In this document: positions 63,074 through 64,000 of the stretch, piece after piece
Position numbering within the stretch: position 1 is the first letter of the stretch
Layout of the letters: each line of letters begins with the position of its first letter
Assembly: GCA_949290645.1 (NCBI GenBank)
Contig: CASESG010000007.1
Span: 8,103 to 72,102 of the forward strand
DNA from: an uncultured Bacillota bacterium
GTDB taxonomy: Bacteria > Bacillota_I > Bacilli_A > RFN20 > CAG-288
DNA length: 64,000 bases
Direction: 5' to 3'
Made by a program: the position numbers and the translations under genes
The notes under the pieces: model-generated
The model's database searches: none
Told to the model about the DNA's origin: nothing
The model's input: only the letters and a program-made list of their open reading frames with translations

Positions 63074-63795
63074 AGTTCCTTTGCTGCTTTTTTTCGAACC
63101 TGTTCTTCGATTTTGGTCTCTTCGGTCTGATAGGGAGCGAGGTCTTTTTCGGTCAGGAACACTTGTCCTTCGTAGATGTCATCTTTGCCTTTTGTCTCGG
63201 TTCTGTGCTGAGTGGAGAACTTGCGGACCGTCTGAATCTCCTTGCTGGTGAGGACCCAGTAGAGAAGTTCGTCTCGACAGACGCCGATCAGGATGAAGAC
63301 ATCGGCACAGCTCGTTTTGATCTGCTGGAAGTGATATTCGAAGTTCGCCTTCCTCGCTTCTTCAAGCGAATAGGCGCGTTCTTTCAAGGCTTCTGCTCCG
63401 GGTTTGTTTGCCCGGCAAGCCTTGACTTCGACTTTGATTCCGTCGAGCCAGAGATCGTATTCTCCGGAGAAGGAGGGGTCCTTTGCCTTGAGGTTCTCCT
63501 TTGTCGCCTTGATGAAATCCGGAAAGAGGGAGCGGATTTTTTCTTCTCCCCAATTCTGTCCGAAAGTGCGAGGCGAGAGATCGTAGAGTGGGAGATAGGG
63601 ATTGCTCTTCTGGAATTGTGTGGCGAATTTCTGATAGTCCTCGAAAGTGATCTTTCTTGTTGTTGCGAGGTAGACGAAGAGGCTGGTTTCGATCTCCAAG
63701 AAAGGAACCAGATTGCGGATGTTCTTGATGTCTTCTTCTTTCAGCGCATAGGTGTTTTTGAGTTCTTTCAACAATGGACTTGTTGTCTTTTTCAT
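63070..63795 (-). CDS. Candidate type II restriction endonuclease (PD-(D/E)xK-like)
   Basis: Convergent with the methyltransferase, with a 4-nt overlap of the 3' ends. Putative catalytic motif in EYDLWLDGIKVEVKACR (D...E-x-K). More AT-rich than the flanks. No family recognised. Confidence 0.5.
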   Translation of the reverse strand: MKKTTSPLLKELKNTYALKEEDIKNIRNLVPFLEIETSLFVYLATTRKITFEDYQKFATQFQKSNPYLPLYDLSPRTFGQNWGEEKIRSLFPDFIKATKENLKAKDPSFSGEYDLWLDGIKVEVKACRANKPGAEALKERAYSLEEARKANFEYHFQQIKTSCADVFILIGVCRDELLYWVLTSKEIQTVRKFSTQHRTETKGKDDIYEGQVFLTEKDLAPYQTEETKIEEQVRKKAAKEL

Positions 63796-63874
63796 GAACT
63801 TGTCTCCACTTTTCTTCGTTATTATAGGCGGGAGACTCGAGTTTTCAGGGCTGGAAAGAGAAATTCCTCCAGGG

Positions 63875-64000
63875 CTATTCGTCGCTCTCGGCCCCCATCC
63901 AGGTGCGTCCCTCGACGACTAGGGTCAAGAGGAAGGAGAGGAAGAGGGCAAGGAGGGAGGACAGGGGGAAAAGCGGGGACAGGGGAAGGTCCTTGCAGAA
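63875..64000 (-). CDS. C-terminal 41 codons of a membrane protein continuing beyond the right edge
   Basis: My translation: FCKDLPLSPLFPLSSLLALFLSFLLTLVVEGRTWMGAESDE, then TAG at 63877-63875. The frame is open to the window edge. Confidence 0.35.
   Translation of the reverse strand, partial: FCKDLPLSPLFPLSSLLALFLSFLLTLVVEGRTWMGAESDE

Overview
The window is a 64-kb chromosomal segment with Bacillota-like synteny: rbgA-rnhB-dprA-topA-xerC, secA near prfB, prfA-prmC, and mfd-pth. An Erysipelotrichia- or Mollicutes-related anaerobe is my guess only; the clues are nrdDG, a flavodiiron protein and a long PstA.

I could run no searches. All family calls rest on motifs I read in the translations.

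**Main interpretive trap.** Real genes are purine-rich on the sense strand and avoid TTA/CTA/TCA codons. The codon-aligned antisense frame therefore stays open, and roughly half of the long ORFs in the supplied track are antisense shadows. These shadows are D/E/G/L/V/R-rich and carry no motifs.

**Core content**
- Left end: a large BadF/BcrA-type activase running off the left edge, a NERD-copA-copZ operon, deoD, cdaA and a flavodiiron protein.
- Replication and repair block: XerC fused in frame to a HAD hydrolase, then topA, dprA, rnhB, rbgA and a CarD-like factor.
- Transport: a Na,K-ATPase-like P-type pump translationally coupled to two RCK (TrkA/KtrA-type) proteins.
- Middle: mfd-pth-rdgB, a NUDIX / metallophosphoesterase / ADP-ribosylglycohydrolase operon, yitT, a DUF362 protein, secA, degV and a GH13 glucosidase.
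- Phosphate: pstSCAB-phoU plus a two-component system, with PhoP-type boxes upstream.
- Right end: rsuA, a Crh-like HPr, galU, trpS, a small SRP RNA, tadA, nrdDG, prfA-prmC and a type II restriction-modification (R-M) candidate.

**Most notable observations**
1. A lower-GC cassette encodes a secreted papain-fold cysteine peptidase plus a lipoprotein. A second, decayed copy of the cassette lies 7.4 kb away.
2. Both class-I release factor genes are broken as written. prfB lacks exactly 40 nt, including the GGQ codons. prfA carries a 17-nt tandem duplication. Both lesions sit in or beside a 26+99-nt tract that is nucleotide-identical between the two paralogs.
3. A ~740-bp region without a convincing gene contains 16 same-strand copies of CGTC(C/T)C, arranged in ~11-13-bp sub-repeats.
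4. The XerC-HAD fusion and the pump-RCK operon.

I saw no rRNA, tRNA, CRISPR array or transposase.
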